Shown piece by piece: positions 35,516-45,125 of a stretch of 64,000 nt of DNA. Under the pieces are notes generated by a model. It was given only the letters and a program-made list of their open reading frames with translations, ran no database searches and was not told where the DNA came from. How positions within the stretch are numbered: the first letter of the stretch is position 1; each line of letters opens with the position of its first letter. The stretch is from a virus (Duplodnaviria; Heunggongvirae; Uroviricota; Caudoviricetes). The translations under genes and the position numbers were made by a program. Where the stretch lies: the IMG/VR virus record IMGVR_UViG_3300021255_004328. One strand, written 5' to 3'.

Positions 35516-35534
35516 GGTTATTTAAGGTTGATTA

Positions 35535-37607
35535 TTACATCAATCCCATTTTTCTCATATTTTCGAGCTCGATTGCATTGATTTCATCAATGTTTTCAGT
35601 CATTTTTTCCATACCTGCATCTTCGAGGTTTTGCTGTCTTTCACGGTAAGTACCTACGCCTTCGTCCCAAGAAGCAGCTTCAGCCTGTCCTGCAGACTCA
35701 TCAATTCTTGGCAAATACTTCAAGAAAGCATCAAATGCTTCGCGGTATGTTTTTGCGCCACGGATCTGACGTTCAAATGGCTTAACAGCTTCGCCGTACT
35801 GTGATACAAGGTCGTTCCAGTAGTTTTCAACTGCAAGGCCTTTGCTTTCACGGATGTTGAGATACTTTGAAACAGAGTCAATATGAGCAGGCTCAAAATT
35901 CAACTTTGGCTTGTTCATCTGTTTGTATTCCTCAAACTTCTGTTTTTCATCAGCGAGTGTTGCTTCGTTTTCTTTGATTGTTTGCTGCAAACGGATAACC
36001 TTCTGACGATATGTGTTCTTGCTTTCAAGGAGAGCTTTGTTCTCTTTATCCATTTTTGCAATTGACTCGTTAGCAATCTTGAGGTTGCTCATAACGTGGT
36101 TGAGACGAGTTCTCAAAACACCGTTTTCAGATTCCATTTTCTTGTTGCCTTTTGTAAGAGCAGCAACTTTCATATCAGCTTCAGCAAGTTTTGATGTTGC
36201 TTCTTCAAGTTTAGCTTTCAAATCAGCAACAGTCTTTTCTTCAACCATTTTTTCGTTTTTAACTGTTTCTTCAGTCTTTGCAATGTGGTTTTCTTTGAGT
36301 GCAAGTTTAGACTCAAGAATTGCGTTTTGCTTTGCAAGTTCGCGGTTACGAGTTGTCAAGCCTTCGCAAAGTTCCTTGTAATCTGCAACTTGTTCGTTAA
36401 GAAGAACACCAATCTGAAGATTCTTTTTTGTGTTCTCAACCATTTCGTTGAGGTCACCGAATTCTTTCTTTGCGTTTGCTGCCGACTCAACAAGTGTTGT
36501 AAGCTCAGCGTGAGTCTTTTCGAGTTTTTCCTGAACTTTGTTAATAAGTTCTTCGTCGTTAGACTCTTTTACGAGTTTGAGAAGCTCATTTACTTCTGTA
36601 AGTTTTTCCATTGGGTTTGTTGAATTATCTGTCTCATTCAACATTGCCTCAACCTGCTTCTCAATTACTTTTCTTTCAAGTTTTGAGAGTGTAGCAGGTC
36701 CTACATTAGCTGTCTTGCCTTCTTCGAGTTTAGTCTCAGGAGTAGCATTCTTGCCTTCGTCCATATTTACTGCATCTACTTTCATATGTTTTTCCTTTCC
36801 TTCTATAATTTTTGACTTAGGTGAGATCTCAATAGACTCCCTAGTTTGCTTTGTATATTCAACATTCCCAGGGTTGTATGATTGCTCTGAAGAAATGTCA
36901 CCGAAAACTGATTGTGACGGATTTGTTACAATATCAGCCACTCTTTCAATGATATATGTATCTGGGTCAACAGTTTTACCATCAGAAAGTGTTTCACCGA
37001 ATCCTGATGAACTGAAGCCTACACGTCCACCTGCTTCAATAATTTCCTGTGCAAGACGTCCGTATTCACCAACGAAAGTACCGATAGCCCAAATCAATTT
37101 GTTGGCAGTATCAATAATCATATCAAGCCAAACGATAGCTGATGTTTTGAACTGTCCTGGGTCAGCGTCGTCCATTGGGTGATCTGCAAGACCACAACCA
37201 CCTTGCCAAGTATCTCTTTGATTGTTGATAACATTACGCCACAACTGTTCAGTATAAATACGACCGTTGCCGTTTACATTACCAAATCTTGATACTGGGA
37301 ATTTCCAAAGCTTTCTTTCTGAAGAAATGCCTTCCTCGCGGAGTTTCTTGATAACATTATCAAAAACTGCTCTTTCCTGAAGATTAGTTGTACCTTCACG
37401 AAGTTTGATAGCAGCTTTCAAAGCACCTGTAGTTTCAGACTCTGTAAAGTGCTTACCTACATTTGCCTTATATGCTCTCGATTCTTTTAACTCTGCTGGG
37501 ATTTCATTTTCATTAAGAAGCTTGTAATCATTGTTTGATAAACGTAAAGCGCTTTCACGAATGTGATAAAGCTTGTGACCGTTTACCTCAATAAATCTCT
37601 CACTCAT
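35535..37607 (-). CDS. prohead protease (HK97/U35-like N-terminal domain) fused to a long coiled-coil scaffolding-like region
   Basis: GNVNGNGRIYTEQLW, LADHPMDD and GGRVGFSSSGFGE resemble the His/Ser protease blocks. The C-terminal roughly 450 aa is Glu/Lys-rich coiled coil. Confidence 0.45.
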   Translation of the reverse strand: MSERFIEVNGHKLYHIRESALRLSNNDYKLLNENEIPAELKESRAYKANVGKHFTESETTGALKAAIKLREGTTNLQERAVFDNVIKKLREEGISSERKLWKFPVSRFGNVNGNGRIYTEQLWRNVINNQRDTWQGGCGLADHPMDDADPGQFKTSAIVWLDMIIDTANKLIWAIGTFVGEYGRLAQEIIEAGGRVGFSSSGFGETLSDGKTVDPDTYIIERVADIVTNPSQSVFGDISSEQSYNPGNVEYTKQTRESIEISPKSKIIEGKEKHMKVDAVNMDEGKNATPETKLEEGKTANVGPATLSKLERKVIEKQVEAMLNETDNSTNPMEKLTEVNELLKLVKESNDEELINKVQEKLEKTHAELTTLVESAANAKKEFGDLNEMVENTKKNLQIGVLLNEQVADYKELCEGLTTRNRELAKQNAILESKLALKENHIAKTEETVKNEKMVEEKTVADLKAKLEEATSKLAEADMKVAALTKGNKKMESENGVLRTRLNHVMSNLKIANESIAKMDKENKALLESKNTYRQKVIRLQQTIKENEATLADEKQKFEEYKQMNKPKLNFEPAHIDSVSKYLNIRESKGLAVENYWNDLVSQYGEAVKPFERQIRGAKTYREAFDAFLKYLPRIDESAGQAEAASWDEGVGTYRERQQNLEDAGMEKMTENIDEINAIELENMRKMGLM

Positions 37608-37670
37608 TTTATTCTCCCATATAATGAAGCATATATTGCTCCCACGAAGTTACCTATAATTAGTTAGTAT

Positions 37671-40478
37671 TTATTTGTACCAAACATCCACATCGTGCAT
37701 CTCGTGGAAGAAGCGATTATTGTCGATTGTATGAGGATGAATATGAGAAAAGTAATTAAACTTAAATCTTTTTTCAGGATTAAGAATATGTTCGTAAGCA
37801 GAACGTCTTAAAACCTGTACATCAGGAGATTCATCATCAACAACAATAAAGCCGTCATCACAATAAAGATTAGAGACTTTATAAGGGTCAAGTCCTATAT
37901 CAATTGCAGCTGGGTAATTGCTTTTAATGTTTGTTGGGAACCATATTCTCCAATTATTATTTTGTTTGAATGTGTCCCAGAAAATGTTTGCATAATTAGG
38001 ATTTTCATTTAAGTAAAGATTATCAACATCAGTAAGTTCTTTACAATCAAAGAATACATTATCATTGTTTCCATTAAGCAATAATTTGAGATCCTTTACT
38101 GACTGAAGGCCACTGTCTTTGAATAAGCTATGAATATCTTGAACACTATCTGGGAAATAGAAATAGCCATCTTTTGTAACAGGGTTAACCCAATCTTTTA
38201 TCCGACCGCTGCCTGAATGGAATGTATAATTCTGATAATGCATAGATGAATTCGGCTGCAACCAATTACCTTCAACATCAACAAGATTTTCACAATCAGC
38301 AAAAGCTTCTGCAATTGTTTGAATTCTTTCTGGGAATATCGCTTCCTTAATATGCTTTACTTTTGAGTTTTTGAACACTTTATTGCCATTTAATACTGAA
38401 TGCCAATTCTTAAAGAATGATGGGTCAACAATTCCTGAGTTTTCAAAAGCGCTTTCAGCGTCAGATGTATCAACAATAAAGTCAAAATGAGGATCTTCAA
38501 TGAATGCGCCATCAAAGATATGTTTAGCACTTTCAACAGGCTCATCACCATTTGTAATGGAACCTACAGCAGACTCAAGATTCTTACAATTCATAAATAA
38601 GTTGTCAGCTTTTGATATTTTGTTTCTGTTAAAGTTGATGGACTTAATATAAGGAACATCTTTGAAAGCATCACTTATATCTTGAGGAGGACAATCACTG
38701 TCATTTAAGTAAACATTAAAAGGAACTTGTATTGTTCTTGTGTGGTCAGGGTGATTTGCATCTCCACTCCAATCAGCAACCCAATCAATATAAGACTCAG
38801 CAATATCTTTATTATAAGTGTAAGTTGTCATTTGTGGGCGGTTCCCAGTTTTAGGAGGGTTGTTTGGATTTGCACCTGGAGTCGATGGTCCTCCTTTAGG
38901 TCCGCCTTCTGCATAATATGTACTTACAGGCTGTCCATAGCCGGAATTTGTGAGGCCATTAGTAATGTATGAACGGTCAGGATATGTAAGTTGTATAGGA
39001 ATACTTTCTTTAGCTACAGGGCTGAGAGTCCAATATCCGTAAGTTCTATCTGTTGGGGGATTCCAATTATATTTATCTCTCGTATCATAGTAGGTACTTG
39101 TAATCCACTTTACACTTTTTCCTTGGCCAAGATTATGTCCTAAGTCATATGAGTTCCAATTTTCATCGTGATATGTTGCAGCAAAAACAGGTCCAACATA
39201 TGACTCTTTTGCAATAGTTTTTCTCCAAAAAGTTTCTTGGTGATGGTGAGGAATCCAATATCTTTCTGCAATGTCAACGGGCTTCTTAACATAAGCTGTA
39301 ACATCAAGATTTATAATGTTCAAACGGAAGTTATCATCAGGGTCCCATATAGGAGATATAATATCATTAAGCTTAGGTCCGTTATGTTGTGCATTTAATA
39401 TAACAGATGTTGTAAGTTCGAGTTCTTTATCAACAGTATTTTTGAAGGCAGCAAAATCCCAAATGTCTTTAATGTTATATAAAAGATTTTGAATGCCTTT
39501 TACTTTATCATCATAATTGTCAGTGATAGTAATCTCTGGGTCAGGGTCAGCAGGACGATTTGGGCCCGCTGCATATACTAAAGTTGAGTATTCAGTCTTA
39601 AACTCAGTATTATCAAAATGAAGCTTAATTAAGTTTGAGGCGCTACTATCAAAAAAGTTGATATTTGATTTTATACTTGCGTCTTTGTTTATTGTGTAAT
39701 TATATGTATCAAGTTTATCGTCCAAATTTATAGCATTCAAAACTTTAGGTATGAGATCATTAGGATTGAAGCCTAATGATTTTTGATATGTATAAAGGTC
39801 TTCACTTGTTATTTTCGAAGCAAGAAACTCAGGGAGTGTACCATTATAAGGACAGTCCCAAAAGTATGTTCTGTTTAAGCCATCGTGCCAATCATTTTTA
39901 ACGCCAATTGACATAAGCATTTTTACAACGCCATCGTCTCCAAGACTTTTTGCAAAATGACGGTCGTAACTGAAAATGTAATCACAATTGTTTGCCTGTA
40001 AAAAAGAAGGTGAAATTACATCTTCAAGAAGTTCACAATTTGCAAACATTTCACGAGCATCTGTTAAGTGATTGCTACCTGCAAATCTTACATATTGTAC
40101 TTTGCTTCCTTTGAACATTCTTGCGGCACTGCCTGCCTGCGTGCCTCTTAAAGTTACATACTTAATGTTTTTTGTATCTTTATAAATATCATCTTCTGCT
40201 TTATTAACAATCAAGTCAACTATCGAGTTGCTGCCTTCTATCTCATCTTTAACGCTGTTATCACTTGCATAAATAGGCACAGGAACATCAGGCTTTTCAT
40301 TATAAGCAATATCCAATAAAGACACCAATTCAGGCTTAGCATTATCATATTCATAGCTATCACTGCTGTCAGTAATATCAGATGTAACATTTTGTAAAGT
40401 GTTTTCTTTTAGGTTTACAGTCTCTTCCCCGATTTTATAAATGCCTCTTCCTTTAATTGCTATCGTTAACTGTGCCAT
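37671..40478 (-). CDS. large BspA-type leucine-rich-repeat (LRR_5) protein; candidate tail fibre or receptor-binding protein
   Basis: Repeated F..C..L..V LRR units such as MFANCELLEDV, LFMNCKNLESAVGSI, AFADCENLVDV and FFDCKELTDV. Confidence 0.55.
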   Translation of the reverse strand: MAQLTIAIKGRGIYKIGEETVNLKENTLQNVTSDITDSSDSYEYDNAKPELVSLLDIAYNEKPDVPVPIYASDNSVKDEIEGSNSIVDLIVNKAEDDIYKDTKNIKYVTLRGTQAGSAARMFKGSKVQYVRFAGSNHLTDAREMFANCELLEDVISPSFLQANNCDYIFSYDRHFAKSLGDDGVVKMLMSIGVKNDWHDGLNRTYFWDCPYNGTLPEFLASKITSEDLYTYQKSLGFNPNDLIPKVLNAINLDDKLDTYNYTINKDASIKSNINFFDSSASNLIKLHFDNTEFKTEYSTLVYAAGPNRPADPDPEITITDNYDDKVKGIQNLLYNIKDIWDFAAFKNTVDKELELTTSVILNAQHNGPKLNDIISPIWDPDDNFRLNIINLDVTAYVKKPVDIAERYWIPHHHQETFWRKTIAKESYVGPVFAATYHDENWNSYDLGHNLGQGKSVKWITSTYYDTRDKYNWNPPTDRTYGYWTLSPVAKESIPIQLTYPDRSYITNGLTNSGYGQPVSTYYAEGGPKGGPSTPGANPNNPPKTGNRPQMTTYTYNKDIAESYIDWVADWSGDANHPDHTRTIQVPFNVYLNDSDCPPQDISDAFKDVPYIKSINFNRNKISKADNLFMNCKNLESAVGSITNGDEPVESAKHIFDGAFIEDPHFDFIVDTSDAESAFENSGIVDPSFFKNWHSVLNGNKVFKNSKVKHIKEAIFPERIQTIAEAFADCENLVDVEGNWLQPNSSMHYQNYTFHSGSGRIKDWVNPVTKDGYFYFPDSVQDIHSLFKDSGLQSVKDLKLLLNGNNDNVFFDCKELTDVDNLYLNENPNYANIFWDTFKQNNNWRIWFPTNIKSNYPAAIDIGLDPYKVSNLYCDDGFIVVDDESPDVQVLRRSAYEHILNPEKRFKFNYFSHIHPHTIDNNRFFHEMHDVDVWYK

Positions 40479-41377
40479 TACTCTTCCCCATTAAAGTTTA
40501 AATCGTTTGCAACGCCATCTTCTGTAATATCAGGTGCCCACTCAAGATTCATTTCATTTGCAACACAATTTTCATCAGTTACAAGGTCATCACGAACATC
40601 TTCTGGGATTGGGTCTGTGTCAGCAGGTTCCAATGATGTATCAAATATGATTTCAACTTTTAAATAGTCGATAGGGTCAGGTAACGCATTATTGTCTTCA
40701 CCCGATATGTAAGCTTCCATTTTAAGCCCAGGCTTAAGCTCTCCGCAGTAATAAGTTACTGTATTATTATCAGATACATCAGCATTTATTTCGCTTTCAT
40801 ATTTCCACCCACTTTCAGTTGTTGTCCATTCTCTGTACCAAAACCACCAACCACTGCTATGATGTTCTGTCCAAGTTTTATACTCTCCGTTCATTCTGAC
40901 GTGAATTCTAGCGTCAATATCTCCATCACCACCAAAGTCATATGAAGAACTGCTGCTTGATGATCCACTGCCTGAAGAGTATGAGTAGCTCGGGCCGACA
41001 TAACTTCCGCCCCAAGTACAATAACTTATTTCGTTGTTCTGAAAGTAATCGTGTACAGTTACATAAACTTTAGCAGGCTTGTCGGTTTCGTTTGTATAAG
41101 AAAAGTAATGAAGCTTACAATCATTGCCTCGTTTATAGCCTTTGTCTCTCCAATATCTTAAAACATCAGACCAATTAGTTTTTGAACCTGAATACTCCTT
41201 TCCTGCTTCAAAGACAATTTTACCGATAGCATAGGCGGCAGTATCATTATATTTATTAAGATTATAAGCGCCTACACTATCTTCCCAAACGCTTTTTATT
41301 GAGGAATATTTATTGTTTAATGTTTCAACAAGATCTGCTTGACCTTCAATGAGAGTGCCATCACTAAACTTAAACAT
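40478..41377 (-). CDS. hypothetical virion-associated protein with a poly-Ser/Gly stretch
   Basis: ORF translationally coupled to the LRR protein. Confidence 0.45.
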   Translation of the reverse strand: MFKFSDGTLIEGQADLVETLNNKYSSIKSVWEDSVGAYNLNKYNDTAAYAIGKIVFEAGKEYSGSKTNWSDVLRYWRDKGYKRGNDCKLHYFSYTNETDKPAKVYVTVHDYFQNNEISYCTWGGSYVGPSYSYSSGSGSSSSSSSYDFGGDGDIDARIHVRMNGEYKTWTEHHSSGWWFWYREWTTTESGWKYESEINADVSDNNTVTYYCGELKPGLKMEAYISGEDNNALPDPIDYLKVEIIFDTSLEPADTDPIPEDVRDDLVTDENCVANEMNLEWAPDITEDGVANDLNFNGEE

Positions 41378-41388
41378 ATAAATTTAGT

Positions 41389-43020
41389 TTAGTCAAAGCC
41401 TTTTATCCTTTGTAAGAATTGTTTAGGGAGCCACTTTTGATACTTTGTAACCCAATATCTGAACGAAGAGTCAAGTATGAAGGTTGCAGAATGGTCTTCA
41501 GCAGAACGGGTTGAACGCCCGCAAGCTTGAACCAAGTTCTTCAACATCTGACAAGTGTACCAATCAGAATTGATTTCAGACTTCTTTTTTGTTCTTGGGT
41601 CACCAAGTGAAGAGAATGGCATTTTTACAACAATTTGAAATCTTGACAAGTCATCTTTCAAATCAACGCCTGTTGTCATTGAAGGCGAAAGAAGAACAGT
41701 GTTTTGTGATCTTTCGTGTATCTTCAACAAGTTTTGATTTGTTACATCTTCACTTGCTTTTATCAAGAAGCGGTCGTGATTATGTTTATGAATGAGAATG
41801 CTGTTCCATATTTTATCAGCAACTTTATAATTGCCTGTATGAATGATGCCCTTATCATTTGGCTTCTTCTGCATAATAAAGTCGATTGCCTGACAAGCTT
41901 TAGGAAGAGATTCATCAATGTTCTGATAACTCATACTTCCACAAGGCATAAAATATATAGGTGACTTACTTGGGTCAAATGAAGATTCAACTTTTACAAC
42001 GAGACACTGTTCTGGGTCGATACCTAATTCTTTTATAAAGCCATCAGTGTCAAGAATTGTTGCAGACATAAAGATAAACTTATCAGCCCAGTTATTACAG
42101 AACTTATTGAACAAAGAGTCGACATTTAATGGAGTAAATGTCAAATGTCCTTCAGAGTCGCAAGCAACAATCCAATCATCTTTTTTCTGATAATTGAATA
42201 CTTCCATCTTTTTGTAAAGTTTATCAATATCGTAATAAAGTTTATGTGTTTTTGATAAGATGTCAAGAGTATCTTCATCGAGGTCCTCAGGTCTTTCTTC
42301 ACCCATCTCTTCTTTCATCATATCAAATAATTCATTTCTTTTATTTACGACTGCTTCATAAGTAACAGCAAATCTCGCTTTATTGCTTTCTGTCCACCCA
42401 TCTTCAGTAAAACGCTTAATATGCATTTCTCTATCGGGATGATTGTCAAACAAACCATACATCCTATCAAGATGTTCTGGGTCAATTGTAAAAGAAGCAA
42501 AATTGATAAGCTGATCTTCAATAAGGTGGCATTCATCAAAAACCATCAACTTTCTTGGCTTCCATAAATGACTGCAATCGAAGGCGCGGAATATGTATGC
42601 GTAAGATGTAAGTACAATTGGTGACTCAAGAGCTTTTCTTCGAAGAGAATAATACTTACAAGTGAACATACACTTAGGTGGCTCTGCGCTTGCTTTTCTT
42701 AATGTACAAGGTCCATTTTCACAATTAAGACGGCCATTTCTATCGCAAGGGTAATTTGCTTTACCTTTGATAGAAACCATATTTCTTTCGTGAGCAAAGT
42801 CATCGACATATTGCTGCTGAAGTTGTTTTGTTTCTGTAATGATAAAAGAGTTCTCACACCAATTGGCTGCTGTTTTTGCAATACCTGACTTACCTGTGCC
42901 AACGTCGCATTGCAAAATAAAATACTTCTTCCTATCCCAGTTCTTTACAATTTCAGACAACACTCTTTCCTGCTCAGGACGAATATTATCATACGGGAAA
43001 TATTTTTTGTAATCTATCAT
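41389..43020 (-). CDS. Rad3/DinG-family (DEAH/DECH) superfamily-2 helicase
   Basis: CDVGTGKS is Walker A. VFDECHLIED is the DECH box. QACGRSTR is motif VI. Confidence 0.8.
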   Translation of the reverse strand: MIDYKKYFPYDNIRPEQERVLSEIVKNWDRKKYFILQCDVGTGKSGIAKTAANWCENSFIITETKQLQQQYVDDFAHERNMVSIKGKANYPCDRNGRLNCENGPCTLRKASAEPPKCMFTCKYYSLRRKALESPIVLTSYAYIFRAFDCSHLWKPRKLMVFDECHLIEDQLINFASFTIDPEHLDRMYGLFDNHPDREMHIKRFTEDGWTESNKARFAVTYEAVVNKRNELFDMMKEEMGEERPEDLDEDTLDILSKTHKLYYDIDKLYKKMEVFNYQKKDDWIVACDSEGHLTFTPLNVDSLFNKFCNNWADKFIFMSATILDTDGFIKELGIDPEQCLVVKVESSFDPSKSPIYFMPCGSMSYQNIDESLPKACQAIDFIMQKKPNDKGIIHTGNYKVADKIWNSILIHKHNHDRFLIKASEDVTNQNLLKIHERSQNTVLLSPSMTTGVDLKDDLSRFQIVVKMPFSSLGDPRTKKKSEINSDWYTCQMLKNLVQACGRSTRSAEDHSATFILDSSFRYWVTKYQKWLPKQFLQRIKGFD

Positions 43021-43118
43021 ATTTTAGAATATTAACAATAAAAGAACAGTGCAAATGACTTTAACGGGAAACACTATCTTTATTAGTTTGAATAATTTAT
43101 AGTTGTCTATGTGTATCA

Positions 43119-43862
43119 TTAAAGACTCCTTAAGTCATTGATGATTGTCTTGGCATCTTTAGGAGAAATGATTTTGAAGTAATCTTGATACTTAGACCAA
43201 TTCTTATCTCTTATAAAGAAATCAGCTTGAATGTCAGAATAAAAATAAATGTTATGAATAGGACAACCATAAAAAGTTGAAGAATAAATTTTTGGCGGCA
43301 AAATTCTTTCAACGAAAATGTCAGTCAAAAGCATACTTCCTTCAAAAGCTTTTTTACCAATCATCTCTAAAGGATTTTGTATTTTGATAAATCTTAAACT
43401 TGAAGTTTGAAAAGCTTCATCTTCAATATGTTCAACTTCATTTAAGTTGATTGTTTTTAGATTAAGACACCCTGCGAAACAGCTGTTTGGAATGTTTTTG
43501 ATATTGCTTGGGATGTCGATTGTTTCAAGACCTGAATATGCAAATGAACTTTCTGATAAGTTTGCAACATTTGAAAAATTGAAGTTCTTTAATCGTGAAC
43601 AAAAAGAAAAAGCTTCCTTCGCAATAATTTCAGGAAACCCATCAAAACGTATTAAATTTTTACAATTCGCAAAAGCTCTTTCACCAATAATTTTTGTTTG
43701 CTCACCACATATCACACAGGATAAGCCGACTGAGCCTTCAAAACTTCTGGGCATAATGTTTCCATCGTAACCCATCATTTCGGCTACATAGAAAACATCA
43801 TCAATCTTGCGACACTTTTTAATGTCTTTTTCTTTTTCAACTTTTATTGTTTTTGTATTCAT
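43119..43862 (-). CDS. BspA-type LRR protein
   Basis: The segments AFANCKNLIRF, AFSFCSRLKNF and CFAGCLNLKTINL. Confidence 0.65.
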   Translation of the reverse strand: MNTKTIKVEKEKDIKKCRKIDDVFYVAEMMGYDGNIMPRSFEGSVGLSCVICGEQTKIIGERAFANCKNLIRFDGFPEIIAKEAFSFCSRLKNFNFSNVANLSESSFAYSGLETIDIPSNIKNIPNSCFAGCLNLKTINLNEVEHIEDEAFQTSSLRFIKIQNPLEMIGKKAFEGSMLLTDIFVERILPPKIYSSTFYGCPIHNIYFYSDIQADFFIRDKNWSKYQDYFKIISPKDAKTIINDLRSL

Positions 43863-44083
43863 TTTTTAGATAACGTTTCCAAGTCATTGGCCCAGCCTTG
43901 ATTGTAAAGCAACTCGTTGAGCTTTCTGCAATCATCTTCGCAAGCATAAGCCTTGAGCTTGATAATATCTCCGCTCCCAAGTTTTTCAATTTTAACTTCG
44001 GAAACGAATTCTTCTGTTAGGATGCCTTCAACTGTCTTGCAAGCATCGGCTACATTTGTTCTTTTGAACCAAGCTGCACTCAT
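43859..44083 (-). CDS. hypothetical protein, 74 aa
   Basis: ORF downstream of promoter A copy 8. Confidence 0.4.
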   Translation of the reverse strand: MSAAWFKRTNVADACKTVEGILTEEFVSEVKIEKLGSGDIIKLKAYACEDDCRKLNELLYNQGWANDLETLSKK

Positions 44084-44124
44084 TTGAATTACCTCCGTTT
44101 CATCAGATTTCCTCCCAGTTATCC

Positions 44125-44164
44125 AATAATAATATAAAAAGAAGTTCTGAGAAGTTTAATTTAT
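44125..44164 (-). promoter_or_regulatory. Family-A promoter
   Basis: The minus-strand sequence is TAAATTAAACTTCTCAGAACTTCTTTTTATATTATTATTG. Confidence 0.55.
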
Positions 44165-44398
44165 ATTAACACTTTCGAGTACAAATTCAAGATCTTCTTT
44201 TTTCTTTCCTGAATTGTAAACAAGTTCGAAAATGTCTTTAATGTTTGTAAACGTTTCCTGAAGAACAGGCAACTTTTCAGATGCTTCTTTTGTCAAATAA
44301 ATAGGATACTTTGCAACTTCTAAACCATCGTCATCAACAATGATTATGAAAAGCATTCTTTCTTCGTCGCCTTTAACGTCCTTAAAAACTAACTTCAT
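44156..44398 (-). CDS. hypothetical protein, 80 aa
   Basis: ORF. Confidence 0.4.
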   Translation of the reverse strand: MKLVFKDVKGDEERMLFIIIVDDDGLEVAKYPIYLTKEASEKLPVLQETFTNIKDIFELVYNSGKKKEDLEFVLESVNIN

Positions 44399-44679
44399 AA
44401 GTTTTCAAACTCCTTACGATGATGTGTCTCAATAACGCAAGTAATAATCTTATGAGTATCAGCGTCACATACAATCGTAATCAATTTATCTTCAACTCTT
44501 AATGTAAAGTACTCTGAATGTCGTCCTTTATTGTCGTACTTTGTATGAGGCTCTGTAGTTTTCAAAACACTTAAGATATAAGCACGCGAGTCTTCATTTA
44601 ATGGTACGCCAACTCTTTCAGCATATACTTGATAAAAGTATTTTGTAAAAGAGTAATCTTTAGTATTTTCCACTTTCAA
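44395..44679 (-). CDS. hypothetical protein; a TTG or GTG start is suggested
   Basis: AGGGAG lies 5 nt upstream of the TTG at 44679. Confidence 0.35.
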   Translation of the reverse strand: MKVENTKDYSFTKYFYQVYAERVGVPLNEDSRAYILSVLKTTEPHTKYDNKGRHSEYFTLRVEDKLITIVCDADTHKIITCVIETHHRKEFENL

Positions 44680-45097
44680 TTTTCTCCCTGTTTTCAAAGA
44701 AGATTGAAAGTTGCTTTGGGTCCTGAGCAATTTGGGTACCTGCAATTAAACCCATATCATAAATGGCTTTTATGATATTCTTGAAATCTTCTTTGGCAAC
44801 ATCCTGATAACTCAAAATTAGTTTTCCGTCTCTCGTAATGTTATCTATCACGCCTAAAAAGTATTCAAACAATAAATCATAATTCTTTTCAACATAGAAG
44901 TCTGAAATGTTTTGATTTAAATTTTCAATGGCTTCAGTCTTGTTTGCACTCTTCTTTGCATTTGATTGAATTATAGAAACTACACCATCAGAGAAAGCTC
45001 TCTGAAGTAAGTTGACAACTTTTGATGCCACATACTCATCTTTAATTACTTTCTTTACCTCATCTTTGTAATAAGGTAACTTTGAATTGATTGTCAT
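44660..45097 (-). CDS. hypothetical protein
   Basis: ORF. Confidence 0.45.
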   Translation of the reverse strand: MTINSKLPYYKDEVKKVIKDEYVASKVVNLLQRAFSDGVVSIIQSNAKKSANKTEAIENLNQNISDFYVEKNYDLLFEYFLGVIDNITRDGKLILSYQDVAKEDFKNIIKAIYDMGLIAGTQIAQDPKQLSIFFENREKIESGKY

Positions 45098-45125
45098 AAA
45101 ACCTCCGACATTTATATTATTTAGT

